This document shows, one piece after another, positions 1 to 16,029 of a stretch of 64,000 bases of DNA (its first letter is position 1; the number at the start of each line of letters is the position of its first letter). The position numbers were made by a program, and so were the translations under genes. A model generated the notes under the pieces. The model was given only the letters and a program-made list of their open reading frames with translations, did not search any database and was not told the DNA's origin. The stretch is from Octopus sinensis. Its lineage: Eukaryota. The DNA is taken from positions 1 through 64,000 of the forward strand of contig NW_021833735.1 in the NCBI RefSeq assembly GCF_006345805.1. Direction: 5' to 3'.

Positions 1-363
1 ACTGTGAATTACATACATACGTACCAATAATTCATATAATAGAAGAAAAAAAACAGTTTCTTACGGCCGTTTCTGCCAAGAAGTCACACTACCCCACATG
101 TTATTTCCATCTCTTCAGTGTGCTGTAGTGATCGGTAGATAAAATTAGGGTATTGGTTGTGCATGTAAGCTTCGCCTGTTTGCATCCATCTACGATCGCT
201 ACTGGCATGTATGTATAAAATTGTATGTGCGTTGACAGCAGCAACAGAGCAATTTAGCTATTATTTCTCGCAGCGTAGGTTTTCTAACACCCTCAATCAT
301 ATTTAATGGTATTGTTTTCCATTTCGGTGAAACTTTGCTAATTAGCTTCATTATTTAATCAAA

Positions 364-408
<45 letters not shown>

Positions 409-754
409 AAAGACAGAAAATGCACACAGTTTACATATTTTAATATATTATATATGTTTGCCGACCGGCTTCACTTTCGCTAATCATAGCATTGAAATTT
501 TTCTCATTTCGTATATTTTAGTACATGCTGTGTAATAGGAACTTATGAATGAAATGAATCAACAAGTACAGAAATCTATGCGGAGGTAACTGGTGATCGT
601 TATTTTTCGGAACAGGGGTGGCTATTGTTCATTTTGGAAGAAGGGTATTAATAAATATGCAAAAACTCAAAAGCTAAAGTAGTGAGATGAAGTATTTACA
701 GTGATGGGTATGTGAACATGAATTAAAATATATAATTAGGCCAAAGTTGGTTAT

Positions 755-1680
755 GCGTTCATATTTAGGCGTGTTCTGAATTTTTCCATAAATAAATTTT
801 CTGTATTCAAACGACGTTGTACAGAAATTGTTTCTTTGCACTCGTAGATGGGAAAAACTATGAAGTTTTGTTAGATATTTCCTGCACATCTCTCTATGTG
901 TTCACTCAAAGGAATCTGACTGTATTGTGGATAACAGATCTGTTCCCCATATAGTGTGATTATTTGTCTCAGTTTCATATTTGTCTGTCCTATATAGTTA
1001 TATCCACAACCTGAATAAGTTGTAACATAAATTAGATTCTCGGAAGCAGAAGTGAAGTTGATCTTAATTGTGAACATCTATCCTTGTTTGAATAGGAATT
1101 CCGAGCCTTCCAACAGGTTGGGGCATATTTCACAGTTTGGGCATCCACATTTTTTAACTATTGGTTTCGTGGTTATTGTGTAAAGTTTCGCATTTGTCAG
1201 AAGTCGTTTCAGCGATTTGCGTTGCTTTTTGCATTTGATGAATTTATGTGTTTTCAGAATGTTGTTCATTTTTGGATGCATAGTGAGCACAGGTAGATTT
1301 TGTACAATAATGTTGTATGCCTCATTGTTTCTAGGGTTGTGTTGTTGATATATATACGGTAGTGTTTCCATATGTTGTGTTACGTTTTTTTCCCCTTAGT
1401 GTTTTAATACCTAATTTCTTGCCGCGCATAATTTCATCGTCCATAAGTGAGGATGCGTATTCTCTCAGTGTTGTTCTTGAAGACGGTGGTCCCGGATATT
1501 TCCAGCAGACACTAGTGTGCAAACCCTTTTTTAATTAAAGGGGATATTTCTTTTGATGTGTTTTGTGTGGTATGAGCTAATAAGAAGATATTGTTTTGAG
1601 CCCGTTGGTTTATAATAAATCTCAGTAACAACTTGGTTGTTGACTTTTTATCATATCTAAGATAGGGAGCTGTTCTTCGC
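755..1680 (-). mobile_element. Penelope-like retroelement remnant (RT C-terminus/thumb, Cys linker, GIY-YIG endonuclease), frameshifted
   Basis: Manual minus-strand translation gives EEQLPILD, VNNQVVTEIYYKPTGSKQYLLISSYHTKHIKRNIPFN*KRVCTLVS, KKCGCPNCEICPNLLEGSEFLF, SENLIYVTTYSGCGYNYIGQT and FPIYECKE...ENLFMEKFRTRLN. These match the PLE RT-thumb and GIY-YIG patterns. Stops and frameshifts are present; the 5' side is truncated at an (ATGT)n tract. Confidence 0.88.
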
Positions 1681-2384
1681 TAAAAGATAAAAGATATATG
1701 TGCGTGTTTATGTATGTATGTATGTATGTATGTATGCATGTATGTATGTATGTATGTATGTATGTATGTATGTATGTATGTATGTATGTATATACATATA
1801 CATAGTGAGAGAGAGAGGGGGTATCTTTTCATCTGCTGGGAACCACTTAAAGCCAGATCACATTCGATAGCTTTGTGAGGAGGATTAGGTACACAGAATG
1901 ATTTAGGGAGAGAGAAGAATCGATCCCAGTACATAACTACTACATTTAGGAGACTTACATAAACAGGCACGCATGCACATTCATACGTGTATATGGTCAT
2001 TCATGCATACATGCATAGGTGTGCAGACCAACTAGAAACATTTCCAAAGTTAGAGATTCCTAGCGATAGGATGTAAAGATGGTTAGAAAAGCAAAATAAA
2101 AAATTTAGATAAGAATATGAAAATAGCTCATAAGAAGTTTTGCAAGACAGATATCTAGAAATTATTTGGTTGGTAGTTGGGAAAAAACATTTGAGGTAAT
2201 ATATAATTAGGCTAAAATTCTGTTGAGCAAAAATTCGTTTACATCATCAATGTTCGACGGCCAGAAAAAAAATTGAGGAACCCAATATAAAGGGCCAATA
2301 AATTCCGAGTTATGTAAAGGAAGCGAATTATTTTTAAAGATTGGTAATACCTGGAAAAGCTTATATAGGTTATCCATATGGAGT

Positions 2385-2795
2385 CGCCTGGCAGCACAAA
2401 CGAATTTCAACGCGGGTCTGCAGAAATTCAAAAGCTCCGTTTTCATGTTTAATGCAGATTTGTCGTAGAATAGCATAAAGTATTTCTCAGTCCATCACAA
2501 CGGTTTTCTCACAGAATTACACTACAATCCATGCTTTTAGTGTTTACTTTCTCCACAATTGACCAATATATCTTACTTGGAGCACGCCTTCTTGTAACTG
2601 CCATACGTGCTTACATTTTGGTATCCGATTTTTGTTTTTCATATTTGAAAGGATTTCTTTGTGAATAAAGCCTTGTTTTGAAGATGTTTTCTGTGGCACA
2701 AGTATAAGTTGTTATTTTTTATGTAGGAGTCTCAATCTGTACAGCAGCTCTATATACAACGCCTTTAATTATACAACTAAATCCAGTTAATGTAC
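2385..2795 (-). mobile_element. Penelope-like GIY-YIG endonuclease remnant (second subtype)
   Basis: Translation across frameshifts gives CIIKGVVYRAAVQIETPT*KITTYTCATENIFKTRLYS, KHVWQLQE, KIYWSIVEK and KYFMLFYDKSALNMKTELLNFCR, the typical PLE GIY-YIG layout. Confidence 0.75.
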
Positions 2796-2926
2796 ATAAA
2801 GTTAATGTACACACATGCATACATACATAGAGAGAGAGAAAGAGACAGATAGATAGACAGAGATAGATAGGTAGATAGATAGATAGTAGATAGATATACG
2901 TATAAATACATACATGATTATAAAAT

Positions 2927-3022
<96 letters not shown>

Positions 3023-3823
3023 TGTAAACATGTTTGGAGATAATAGAGAAAGTCGTGGGAAGGAGACATAGAATTCAGAGTGATGGAAATTTACGAAACA
3101 ATTCCAAGTTTCTAAAAACATCCGTTCCATAATCTTTACTATTTTCCTATATACACCCACTGTAATTCTTTTTAAATGTAGATTATTGCACTTCCCATCA
3201 CCACCGTGTTTCTTGGCACCATTGTGAAACATTCAAAGTAACATATTTGTCCATGTTTGCCAGCTGAGATTCCTGTATGTGTGTGCGCGTGTGTCCGTAA
3301 AGTTCTATGCGTGTCTGTGTAAGCGTGCGTATGTTTGGGATGAATGAATATGAAATGAGATCGGTTGCAGACAATGAAGAAAGACACAGAAAACCAAAAC
3401 GCGGACAATGTATATAACTACAGCACAAACAAAAACAACAAAAGGTAGAAGCGAAGAAATCTTTCGAGTAAAACTCACTAATGCAGGAACAACAACTACA
3501 AGAATAACGCCGATGCCATCGCCACTAGCGAGACCAAAAATGGCAGCGATGTCGATAGCAACAAAAGGAATAATAAATGCAGTAAGAAATCATATAAACA
3601 AGAGAAATGCTTAAACCACGAAGACATTGTGGAGAGTTTTTCACAAATCTAAGAAAGTTACAGAATAAAATATGGACCACATTGGATGGAGACATACGAA
3701 TGTAACGCACGCAAACACGCATTACGCACACACACACAAACACACACTCACGTACAGTGCAGCATAGTTACATGAATATAAATGCATACATGTATATCTA
3801 TATGTGTGTATATGTGTGTGTAT

Positions 3824-3861
<38 letters not shown>

Positions 3862-4088
3862 CATATAGATACATACACATATACATACATATATATGTAT
3901 ATATGTATATATATATATATATATATGTATGGGTGTGCATGTATATACATATATATACATATATATACATATATATATATTTATATATATGCATATAGAT
4001 ACACACACTCACATACACATATATCTATATATCTATATATCTATCTATATATGTGTGTGTGTGTGTATAAATAGATAGATAGACAGAC

Positions 4089-4187
<99 letters not shown>

Positions 4188-4341
4188 CAGATAAATATTT
4201 GCATAGATTTGTCTAAAATATACATAGACAAACTTGCATTCCCAAACAAACACATCCAAGCTCATGCAAACACATATATATATACACAGGCAGATACACA
4301 GAAACACACACATACATACATACATGTATTTATGTATATAA

Positions 4342-4388
<47 letters not shown>

Positions 4389-5043
4389 CATACATATATC
4401 TGTATCCAATATATATGTATACACATGTATATACATATATACAAATCCAAATATCTACGTCTTATAAAAAATATTTATCTCGTGCTTACATATATATGCA
4501 CATCCATATATATATTTATACTCACGTTCAACCATACAAACACACACACACACACACACACATACACGCCTCTACCGTGACATACTTACACACGCCAGGC
4601 TCAACGTGAATAAAAGAGCGAGCCTAATAAAAATGGTGATAAGATTTACAGAAAACTGTAAAACATGCAAGATTGATCGTGAAAACACGCCATTTCCGTT
4701 GTGGAGAAAGAAGTCAATTGTTAAGATTAACTTGACGCAATCAATGCCCACAAGGGGGCGTGTTTATCGTACCATCCTCTGCAGCGCATTTTAACGCTGA
4801 ACGTAACAAAGTAGGGACGGATTCTGTTCGGAAAAATTACCAGACGTAAATAGACGGTGTGATTCATTATCAGATAAAATATGTGTGTATATATGTGTAT
4901 GTGTGTGTGTGTGTGTGTGTATATGTATATCTACATCTGTCAGCGCATTAACAGAATTTCAACCATATCTGCAGTTATTTCTTCAGAGATATATACTTAA
5001 GCGAAGGCACGCACGTATGTGTGTAAGTATCTATATATACATG

Positions 5044-5084
<41 letters not shown>

Positions 5085-5143
5085 ATGTCTGTGTGTGTCT
5101 GTGTGTCTGTGTGTGTGTATACTATATATGTAAGTATATATAT

Positions 5144-5187
<44 letters not shown>

Positions 5188-5864
5188 ATATATATTATAT
5201 GTATGTATGTATATATATATTATATACATATACATGTATTCATATAAGTATCACATATCTATCTATCTTTCTATCTCTCACTCTCTCTCTCTATCTATCT
5301 ACACACAGACACACATATATATAGAGAGAGAGAGACAAGCAGACAGACAGAGAAAGAGAGAAAAGGGAGATAGTTACATATAGATATTTCCATATATATA
5401 TATATGTATATATGTATGAATATATGCATATATGTATATATTTCTGTATGTGTGTGTGTATGTACGTATGTGCGTATATAGAGTAATCTCTGTGTTCAAG
5501 TTCTACGCTTTTTTTTTCTGTATTTTTCAAACGAAAGTAAAGAGACCAGGGTAATAAATTCATTGACACTCTCGGGTAGAACAATGCGAGATCACTAAAG
5601 TTTTGCAGGTTGACAACCAGCGAGACGGTCGCACAGACAGGTTTCGTTATGCACCTCACTAACGCCACCATCGTCAGTTTCGTGCTTCAACAATTGCATT
5701 CATCTCACGTCGAATGAGGCGAGTGAAACACGAACTTTCAGCGTCTATACACAACCGATCAGGCATTGGTCTGCTTAGTTGTGTATACACACACACACAT
5801 ATATACTCGAACACGTACAAATATATATATATATCTAAAATTATATGTGCATGTATATGCAGAC

Positions 5865-5916
5865 AGATAGATAGATATATAGATAGATAGATAGATAGAT
5901 AGTTAGATAGATAGAT

Positions 5917-5951
<35 letters not shown>

Positions 5952-5952
5952 T

Positions 5953-5986
<34 letters not shown>

Positions 5987-6018
5987 TAGATAGATAGATA
6001 GTTAGATAGATAGATAGT

Positions 6019-6090
<72 letters not shown>
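5865..6090 (+). repeat. (GATA)n microsatellite (representative of many; others at ~4070-4190, 34400-34560, 36555-36650, 37730-37800, 43620-43815)
   Basis: Direct tandem AGAT repeats. Confidence 0.98.
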
Positions 6091-6092
<2 letters not shown>

Positions 6093-6221
6093 TTTGGCTT
6101 GGTAAAAAATTTAACAGGCCCACACATTGACATATCTCTTTATGTTGTATTTATATCGCTGCCATTCCTTATATCTATCCATCTATTTATCTATCGACTT
6201 TCTTATCTATCTATTATCTAT

Positions 6222-6265
<44 letters not shown>

Positions 6266-6317
6266 TTATCTACCTATCTATCTCTCACTCTCTCTATATA
6301 TATATGTTTATATATAT

Positions 6318-6362
<45 letters not shown>

Positions 6363-6935
6363 TATATATATATATATGTATATGTCTATATATATATATA
6401 TGTGTTCTCTCTATATATATATGTCTATATATATATGTGTCTATATATATATATATATATATACATACATGCAGACACATGCGGGTATATGCATCTAGTT
6501 GTGTATGTGTATATCTTAGATTTCAACATCAACGGACTCCTCATCTCTTCTGCAAGCATAGTAAATGTCCACTACAAGCACGCTCCATTATTACCACCAC
6601 CACCACCACCACCACCACTACTACCACCACCTCGCCCCCACCCCCACGACCACCTCCACCGTATGTTAACTTTACCTTCGCTTTCTCTTCCCAACAACAG
6701 CAGCAGCGACACCAAAACTTGCAGCTTCCATACGAAGCACAACGCCATTATTATGCAATCACACTTAAAACTCAAATCCATACATACACACACGCATTCA
6801 CTCTCTCTCTCTCTTCCTCTCTCTCCTCCTCTCTCTCCATCTCTCTTTGAGAAACACACACACACACACACATTCATTCAGACACCCTAGCAGCAGAACC
6901 GGCAACACAACACCAACATCTTCGGGATTCTTTTT

Positions 6936-6972
<37 letters not shown>

Positions 6973-7222
6973 CACTACTACTGCCGCTGCTGACACCATA
7001 TACATGAGTATCACCAACTTCACCATGCCCGTCACCACCAACATCACCACACCCACCACCACAGCCATTTATCCAAGACCATCATAATCATCATCATGTT
7101 TATGATTTAGCTGACCAAAATGAGATTTACTATGACTTCTTCACTAGCATTACTTACACATATATTCCTATATGTATATACATGTATATATATATATATA
7201 TATAATACATCTTATATATATA

Positions 7223-7263
<41 letters not shown>

Positions 7264-7415
7264 ATATAATATACGTATATATATTATATATGTGTGTGTG
7301 TATATATATATACATATATACACACTCACAGCACACATAACTATAATCACACACACATATATGTATATACGTCTCTCTATATATATATACATATATATAC
7401 ATATACACACATCAT

Positions 7416-7447
<32 letters not shown>

Positions 7448-7514
7448 CATACAAACACGTATATAGATAGATAGACAGACAGACAGACAGATAGATATAT
7501 ATATATATATATAT

Positions 7515-7545
<31 letters not shown>

Positions 7546-7571
7546 TAGATAGATAGATATAGATAGATAGG

Positions 7572-7606
<35 letters not shown>

Positions 7607-8099
7607 CCGGATGGATGGATAGATAACTAGTTAGATACATACACACACACACACATATATATATATATACACATACATACGTAGATGCTTGCACATTTAT
7701 AAACACACGTACAACGGAAACACATACAATATATATATTGAAGTTCACACACACACACATATATATGCACGCCCTTGCACGTGTTTCCATTTGCATATAT
7801 CAACATATTTACATGCATGTAAACTTATCTATATATAACAATGTTCACAAATACACACGCGAAGATACACACACAGACACATATACGCATGTACGCATAT
7901 ATGTGTAAGGATGCACGCATTCGTCTCCACTATTCACAAGAGTAACGCTGAGCATGCGCAATAAGTATATGCACAAGCGCACACACGCATGTATGTTCAT
8001 ATGCACATTTGCCTTCACCTAGTTCGAAAGCTCACACGCTCACACTATGGTCCTGACAGAGGCTTATGCGCGTACACAAGTAAAGATTTATACACACAC

Positions 8100-8147
<48 letters not shown>

Positions 8148-8225
8148 TAGATAGATAGATACATGCATACATACATGCATACATACATATATACATACAT
8201 ATAGATATGTATGTATGTCTATATC

Positions 8226-8276
<51 letters not shown>

Positions 8277-8860
8277 TACATCTATACATACTACATAGAA
8301 TGATCCATACAAGCATACATACATACAAATAAACATACATACATACCATATGTTACGTATACATACATATATACATACATTACATAAGACAGACAGACAG
8401 ACAGACAGATAGATAGATAGATGAAATGATCTATACAAGCATACATACATACATACATACGTACATACATACATACATACATACGTACATACATACATAC
8501 ATACATACGTACATACATACGTACATACATACATACATACATACATACATACATACAGACATACGTATATATATACATACATACATACAACATACATACA
8601 TACATATATACATACAAGCATGAATGCATGCAAATGGCGGAGAACTATGCATAAAAATGCAGAGAAAACATTGGCAGACTGAGGGAGCTACATACATGGA
8701 AAGAAAGCAAAATATGAGCAGAAGCATATATAGTCACGCGTAGAATCATTGTGTATATACACCCACCTACTGTGACATTAACATTATTCATACAGATGCG
8801 CACATTTACGTGAACTTAAGACTAAATACACAGTAATATATCGGTGGCCATTCGCTATTA

Positions 8861-8908
<48 letters not shown>

Positions 8909-9215
8909 CCGTTTCGTAGGAATGTATATTTGTATATGTATACGGCTTGTATATTATCTAAATTTTTCTTTTATTCGAGAGAATTTCTTCCCTTCTCATT
9001 CGGAGTCGATAGTTATTGACATTAGGCGTTTGTTTACCTTATTTCCAAACAGACATAATTTTGGTAAAACAAGGACTGGCCATCTTTGTTATTTAGCATA
9101 ACTTTGTTCATTTTTATCGTCCAATTTCAAACCACTGTCTACAATTAGCCATTCCTCTAAGCAAATTACATACATATATACATACATACATATATAATAT
9201 ATACATACATATACA

Positions 9216-9247
<32 letters not shown>

Positions 9248-9347
9248 CAGGAATACACACATATATACACACGCACACACATACATATATACGTGCAAAC
9301 GTGCACACACATATACATACATACACACACATACATACATACATACA

Positions 9348-9381
<34 letters not shown>

Positions 9382-12300
9382 CATTATATATATATATTAT
9401 GAGTTGCCATATTTCTTTCTGTTTTAGCGCGTTTCAGGTTGCCGATTTACAGGCGATTATTGAAAACAGGTTTTTGCTTACAAAGACTTTTCACGGCAAA
9501 CTCAGAATAATGGTTTATAATGTTTTGAGTTTTGAATAAATATTCCATTATACTAACCTAACTGTTAGGTGCGTACATTCATTCACAGCTCTGTTTAAAG
9601 ACACATGAATACATATACACTCTCACACAAGCACATCCTTACACAGCTGCCTTCAGAACGAACTCACGCAAACACACACACACACACACACACATAACAC
9701 ACGTACGCAAAAATGCATACAAAAATATATATACATGCATTCATGCCCACAAACACACGTACGTGCAACTACGCTGCGATCACAGTCTCCAAATCCAACC
9801 AGTCATCTTTCTCTCTTTCTCTCCCACTCAAACACACATTAATCTGCATATTTATGCAGATATTCTACACACATGTACGAAAATATACACACATGCACAA
9901 CATATGTATAAAATATATATTACACTTACACACACATATACACGCGCACACACAAAAATCTCACACGCAAGTTTAAGCAGTGTAATAACTAGAGGGAACT
10001 TTATAGTTTACCATACGAATGTGTACACACACACACTGAAACATTGTAATAAATGCACAAGGACTCATACATAGATACGTCTAATCACACACACACACAC
10101 ACACTTACACACACATGCACGCACATACATCAAGGCCCACAAAAGTTCGACAGACGGAGGCAGCCTAATAAAGACGTAGATACTTATACACACACATATA
10201 CACTCACACATTCATACACACACACATGCTCAATCAGACACACACACGCACACACTTATACATACACACACACGTGCATACATACATACACACTCATACA
10301 TACATACATACGTACATGCATACGATGCACACGTAAATACATAAGCATAGATACGCTAGACACACACCGCATACATGCTTATAAAGAGGAACGTATATAT
10401 ACACACACACACACACCAAACATACACACATACACATGCTCTCACAGACACGCATATACACGCACACACATAGACTAACATGCACATCGTCACACACAAC
10501 TATATAGACAGAGTGTTCATAGGCTTACACACACACATGGGCGCAGCCTAATAAAGATATAGATACTTACACACACATGCACAAACGCACACATGCTCAC
10601 GCACGCACATACACACACATAACTCTCTCTCTCTCTCTCTCTCTCTCTCAGACACACACAAACACACTCTCACACACTCGCATTCATACTCACACGCACA
10701 CATACTCATGCATACGTACAATCCACACACATTTGCATACACACCAACTCTAGGCGCACATATACACACCGCATGCATACATATACAGAGCCACGCACAC
10801 ACACTTACACACACAGGGCTATATATTGATATACATACACACACAAACACGCATACACATAGACACACACGGACACAGACGCACACATATATGCCTATAC
10901 GTAGACATGGACACACATGCACACACATCGTGTAGGTAGCTGGAGACTGGCAGAAAATTATAGGCTTCATCCATGATGATGGCTGGAATATATTATTAAT
11001 TGGCTCACATTTCCATGAGCAGCACCGAACCCCCTCCCCCCGCGCCAGTACCACCGCCACCGCCCCCTCGCATCCAAAGCCACCCCTCCACACCGTTCAC
11101 CCAACCAACCGCTCCCTACCTTACACAAGCACTACGGCATCCTTGCGCCACCACCGCCACACGTCCTCCGCCTTCGCCACCACTGAACACCCACCGCCAC
11201 CGCCCTACTGTGCGCCACCCATGTCCTACATCAGACGCCCCACCACCACCACTCCAACACCACCACCACCACTCCAACACCACCACCCCATGCACACATT
11301 CCCCACACACTCTTTTCCTTCCATCTTTCGCTGTTCTAGCGTCGCCACCACCCCACCTCCACCCACCACCAACTCAGTCATCACATACCATGTGCCACAG
11401 CACCATGCTACACCACCACCGCCGCCACTGCCACCACCACCGCTATCACCACCACCAGCGTCACCGCCATCATCAACATCATCGTCGTCATTATCATCCT
11501 CATCATCACCATCGCAAAGCCATTGCTGCACTACACGCCATCACGCCAGGCCACCACTGCAACCATCGCACCCGACACCACAGCGACAAAGACTACCAAT
11601 GAGAATGCTAGAAATAACAGCAGCGAAATCACCCTTAAATCACACGCATGAAGAAGGATATATTGACTAGTGTAGTCTAAATCTATGTGATGGTCGTGGC
11701 TGGAGCCCTTTTAAGTTAAAGGATGGAAATATTAGCTCATGAGGTCTAGAGACAGGAATGCAGTGGGGCTATGGAACAACAACAACAACGACAACATTCT
11801 AAAATGCATCTCATCACCATGTTTCCCTAACACTCGTCACACTGCGATACCGACCTAAATTAGGGGGCCTCTCGGTGGCTGCTGAATTTGCTAGTAGTAG
11901 CAGCCAAATCAACCTCAAATCACACACACACAATACCGTAGTAATAAGGAAATGGTACGTTGAAATACATTAGCCACAGAAATAACCTTACGTTGGAAGT
12001 CTGTTTGTGTTAGGTACTCTGGCACTGACCCCACAACAAAACGACCCTCAATCGAACATCGTAAATGATCAGTGGCAGCAGCAGCAGTAACATCGTCACC
12101 ATCATTACTACCACAACCATCATCATCATCATAATCATCATCATCATCATCATCATTAACATCATCATCATCATTATCATCATCAGCATAATCGTCCGCA
12201 ACATCTGGAAAATGACAGAGTAGTCACAGTTGGAAGGCTTTTATATAATAGGCTCTCCTGACCAATAATAGCAACGATACTGACCGATGCGAGATCACGT

Positions 12301-12524
12301 ACGGTTCACTTCGTGTCCATTAACGTCTGCCTTATCTCATCAAATACATGAAGTTACCTTTTTTCAAGTTCAACCTGGTAGTATGCACACGTTCAGGAAC
12401 AACACACATGTATATATGTATATATAATGTGTGTGTATGTGTAACACAAATGAGCTGAGGTCTCTTACAGCTGTTTCAGATACATTTTTATTGATTAGCA
12501 AGTCAATTACATTATAAAGATAAG

Positions 12525-12721
12525 CCGTTTTCTTCAGACGAATTGAAATTTAAATCTAAAATTTAACATTTAAGATTTTGCCCATAAAGATTTTTCCCAT
12601 TAAGATTTTGCACATAAAGATCTCTTGATCGTGATGGAGATGAAGGCAGTCAAAACCCATAATACATTCTTCGTGTGTAAAATCTTAAACGTTTAAATTA
12701 TAATTCACCTGAAGAAAACGG
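12525..12721. mobile_element. Short MITE-like element with terminal inverted repeats
   Basis: CCGTTTTCTTCAGACGAATT pairs with AATTCACCTGAAGAAAACGG; internal short direct repeats (TAAGATTTTGC.CATAAAGAT). Confidence 0.55.
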
Positions 12722-13332
12722 AATGTTTTGATGATGTAATTCATTTGTGCATCAACGAAATATGCATCAGAAACAGCTACCCATTTCTGTAATTATTAAC
12801 ACTGCCCAACACTCGGACCCCTCCTTACATTGGATATGGTACTTACATTAGATTGTGGTGTAAGTTTACGTATACATGCGTACTTATATCTACGAGTATA
12901 TTGATCTATCCATGTGCGGATTCATGTAAGTGGTACGTCAAGTATGTATAGACATTAGCATACACATGCATGTCCAAATATACTGTTGATACACGGATAT
13001 GCTGAACTCTATCCTACTTTGGTGTACACATTAAGAAAATACCTTGATTTTATTCGATCCTGCAAATGATTAATGTCCCTAGTATATACATATATATTAT
13101 GTAGTATCAAGAATCTAAGTTACACAAATCCAGTTCACATATCCATTTATATTTATTCGGCCCTAGATCCAACATGCATGCATTTCTCTAAAAGCATATT
13201 CAATACATCAAACATTAAAAATTTATAGATATATAAAAATATACGGAGTAATCAATACATTAAAAATATACATATAAATACAAATAAATATATACAGATA
13301 TATGCATTAAAATATATAAAAAATTAAATACA

Positions 13333-13719
13333 TATACAGGTCGACTTACAGATTATAAAACGAAATCATAAAAAGAGTTAAGAGTCTGGAAGACGAAAAG
13401 TTCGTGTGCTAATAATCAAGTTAATAATCCTACGGTTGTTTCTGGGGGTCCGGTTATCCAGTTATATAAAAGATATTTGCATCCATTATTTGATACCACC
13501 CTCTTCATCCGAGAAAATACTGTGTTTTTAGCCTTTTTAGAAATTCATTTTTCCCTTATGAAGGGGATGGCGTCCAGTAATGGGCGCAAATATGCTTTAT
13601 ATGACTGGACAACCGGACACCCAGAAACAGCCGTAGCATTATTAACACGAACATTTTGCCTTCCCGACTCTTAACTCTTTTTATGATTTCGTTTTATAAT
13701 CTGTAAGTCGACCGGTATA
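13333..13719. mobile_element. MITE with long inverted arms (~150 bp), TA-flanked
   Basis: TATACAGGTCGACTTACAGATTATAAAACGAAATCATAAAAAGAGTTAAGAGTC is mirrored by GACTCTTAACTCTTTTTATGATTTCGTTTTATAATCTGTAAGTCGACCGGTATA, with more degenerate inner arms. Confidence 0.8.
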
Positions 13720-13945
13720 TGTATTTATTTTTTTCAATATATTTTTAATGGATATATCAATATATGTTTTTAGAGAAATCCATACAGGTTGGGTTTAGGG
13801 TTGAATAAATATAAATGTATATGTGCACTTGATTTGCCGAAATTCGATTCTTCCTTCTGCATTATTCTCAACGCATCAGGTTTGAATAACTTGAGCACAT
13901 CAAAGTGAAGTCTATGCATTGAAGAAAATATTTTTCCTTATAATC

Positions 13946-13978
<33 letters not shown>

Positions 13979-14071
13979 CGCATACATATAGCATTACCGG
14001 CACAACACACATGTACATGTATGTGTGTATGTGTGTGCGTGTATGTGTATATTTATAAGTATATGTATCTG

Positions 14072-14108
<37 letters not shown>

Positions 14109-14199
14109 GCATATATATATCATCACCGGCACAACACACATGTACATATATGTGTGTGTGTGTGTATGTGTATATGTATATTTATAAGTATTGTATCTG

Positions 14200-14238
<39 letters not shown>

Positions 14239-15324
14239 TATATATATACATACATACATACATACATACATACATACATACATACATACATACATACATA
14301 CATACATACAATAGGATTAGAAATTCACTTGCGCTTGTTCATAATCTTTCAATCTGCAGCTAAGGTAGCCGTTTACAAAGGCTGCTCGCACATGGATGTG
14401 TGTGTGTTTGTGTCCTTTCACATAAGTAGAGGAATAGAACAAACCTGAGATGAAAAAGGACATAAATTCCTAGACTTGTTCAATTATTCCTCAATTTCTA
14501 AACCGATGTTACAATTTTGATATTCTTGGACAGAGCAGTGTAAATGTTGTTAGCTGTTGCATAAGGATTCATGGTTATATTTGCCAATATATATCTACTT
14601 TTTTTTTTATTACTTCGTATTTCTTCCATATTATTGTCAGCACATTGCGAGAAAAGGAGAATTCGATATTTAAGGAAAATATTCATTGTTCATTGGTCCA
14701 TTTCATTTGTCTGATATCTGGCTATGAACTGTGATGACGATGTACTGTCACTCCTTTCCTGAAAACTAATCCAAATAAACAAATAATTGCAGATAAATCT
14801 ATGGATGCCATGAACTCGAAGGACTGGCATTGAATGCGAAATGTTTAGCCAAAGTAACGTCTTTAATTTTAGATGATTCTTCCACAAAGAGGAAGTATTC
14901 CCAGAATCGAATAAAACAATTTATACAGTCGAAGGAAAATTACGAAAGGAAAAGAAAAGTTTCAGACATAGCGAAAGAATGAAGACTAGATGGAAAAAGG
15001 AACCAGCAACAAGTACAGAATTAACAATATGTACAATGGATAAGATGATCGCTTCTAGGAACCAATCGAGAGAAATTGCGTCGCTCTAAGGAATACACTC
15101 AAAATAAGATAGCGAAGTTATTTAAGCTGTCGAAAAAAAGCCACCAACGCAATAAATTCTGGCGAGAAGACTAAAATTAAATCTACCATTACAAAACTCG
15201 GACTTCAATGAAATACAAAGATCTGCGAAATATTAAACCTAACACAATTATTTGAATAAACAAAAGAAGGAGGAATTCGGTTGGTATTTTTACACCAGTC
15301 AATGCTAATATATATACTTTTATC

Positions 15325-15535
15325 TATTATCATTCAGTTACTTCAGCCATTGGACTGCGGCCATACTGGGGCAGTACCATTAAAGAATTTTAGTCGAACG
15401 AATCGACCCCAGTTCTTAATTTAACTTGGTTCATATTATATTGGGCCATTTTGGTGAACTGCTAAGCTACGGCAACGTAAACACAGCAACGCCGATCGTC
15501 GAGCGATGGCAGGAGACGAACAGACACACGTGCAC
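15325..15535 (-). mobile_element. Octopus SINE 3' part (diverged variant)
   Basis: TTCAGCCATTGGACTGCGGCCATACTGGGGCA...ATCGACCCCAG...AACTGCTAAGCTACGG..ACGTAAACAC, homologous to the copies at 15653 and 60621. Confidence 0.75.
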
Positions 15536-15652
15536 AGAAACATATATAAGTGTGTGTAAGTGTATATACACACATATATATACATATAAATATATATATA
15601 TACACACATACACATATATATATATCTATTTATAAGTATATACATATATACT

Positions 15653-15860
15653 CTCTTTTACTCTTTTACTTGTTTCAGTCATTTGACTGCGGCCATGCTG
15701 GAGAACCGCCTTTAGTCGAGCAAATCGACCCCGGGACTTATTCTTTCTAAGCCCAGTACTTATTCTATTGGTCTCTTTTGCCGAACCGCTAAGTGACAGG
15801 GACGTAAACACACCAGCATCGGTTGTCAAGCAATGCTAGGGGGACAAACACAGACACACA

Positions 15861-15870
<10 letters not shown>
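15653..15870 (-). mobile_element. Octopus tRNA-derived SINE, 3' half
   Basis: Highly similar to 60621-60830 and 63845-64000 (TTTCAGTCATTTGACTGCGGCCATGCTGGAG...GACGTAAACACACCAGCATCGGTTGTCAAG). Confidence 0.88.
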
Positions 15871-15891
<21 letters not shown>

Positions 15892-15913
15892 ATATATATA
15901 TAATATATATATA

Positions 15914-15967
<54 letters not shown>

Positions 15968-15982
15968 AATATATATATATAT

Positions 15983-16029
<47 letters not shown>

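Noticed and set aside
11000-11670. Pro/His/Thr-rich ORFs of 175-200 aa
   Set aside because: Degenerate (CCA)n/(CAT)n low-complexity DNA with no splice or domain evidence; the same applies to 6400-6890.
14498-14890. Possible hAT transposase C-terminus (LLFSQC...RS)
   Set aside because: A single weak motif, with no TIRs or other conserved blocks identifiable by eye.
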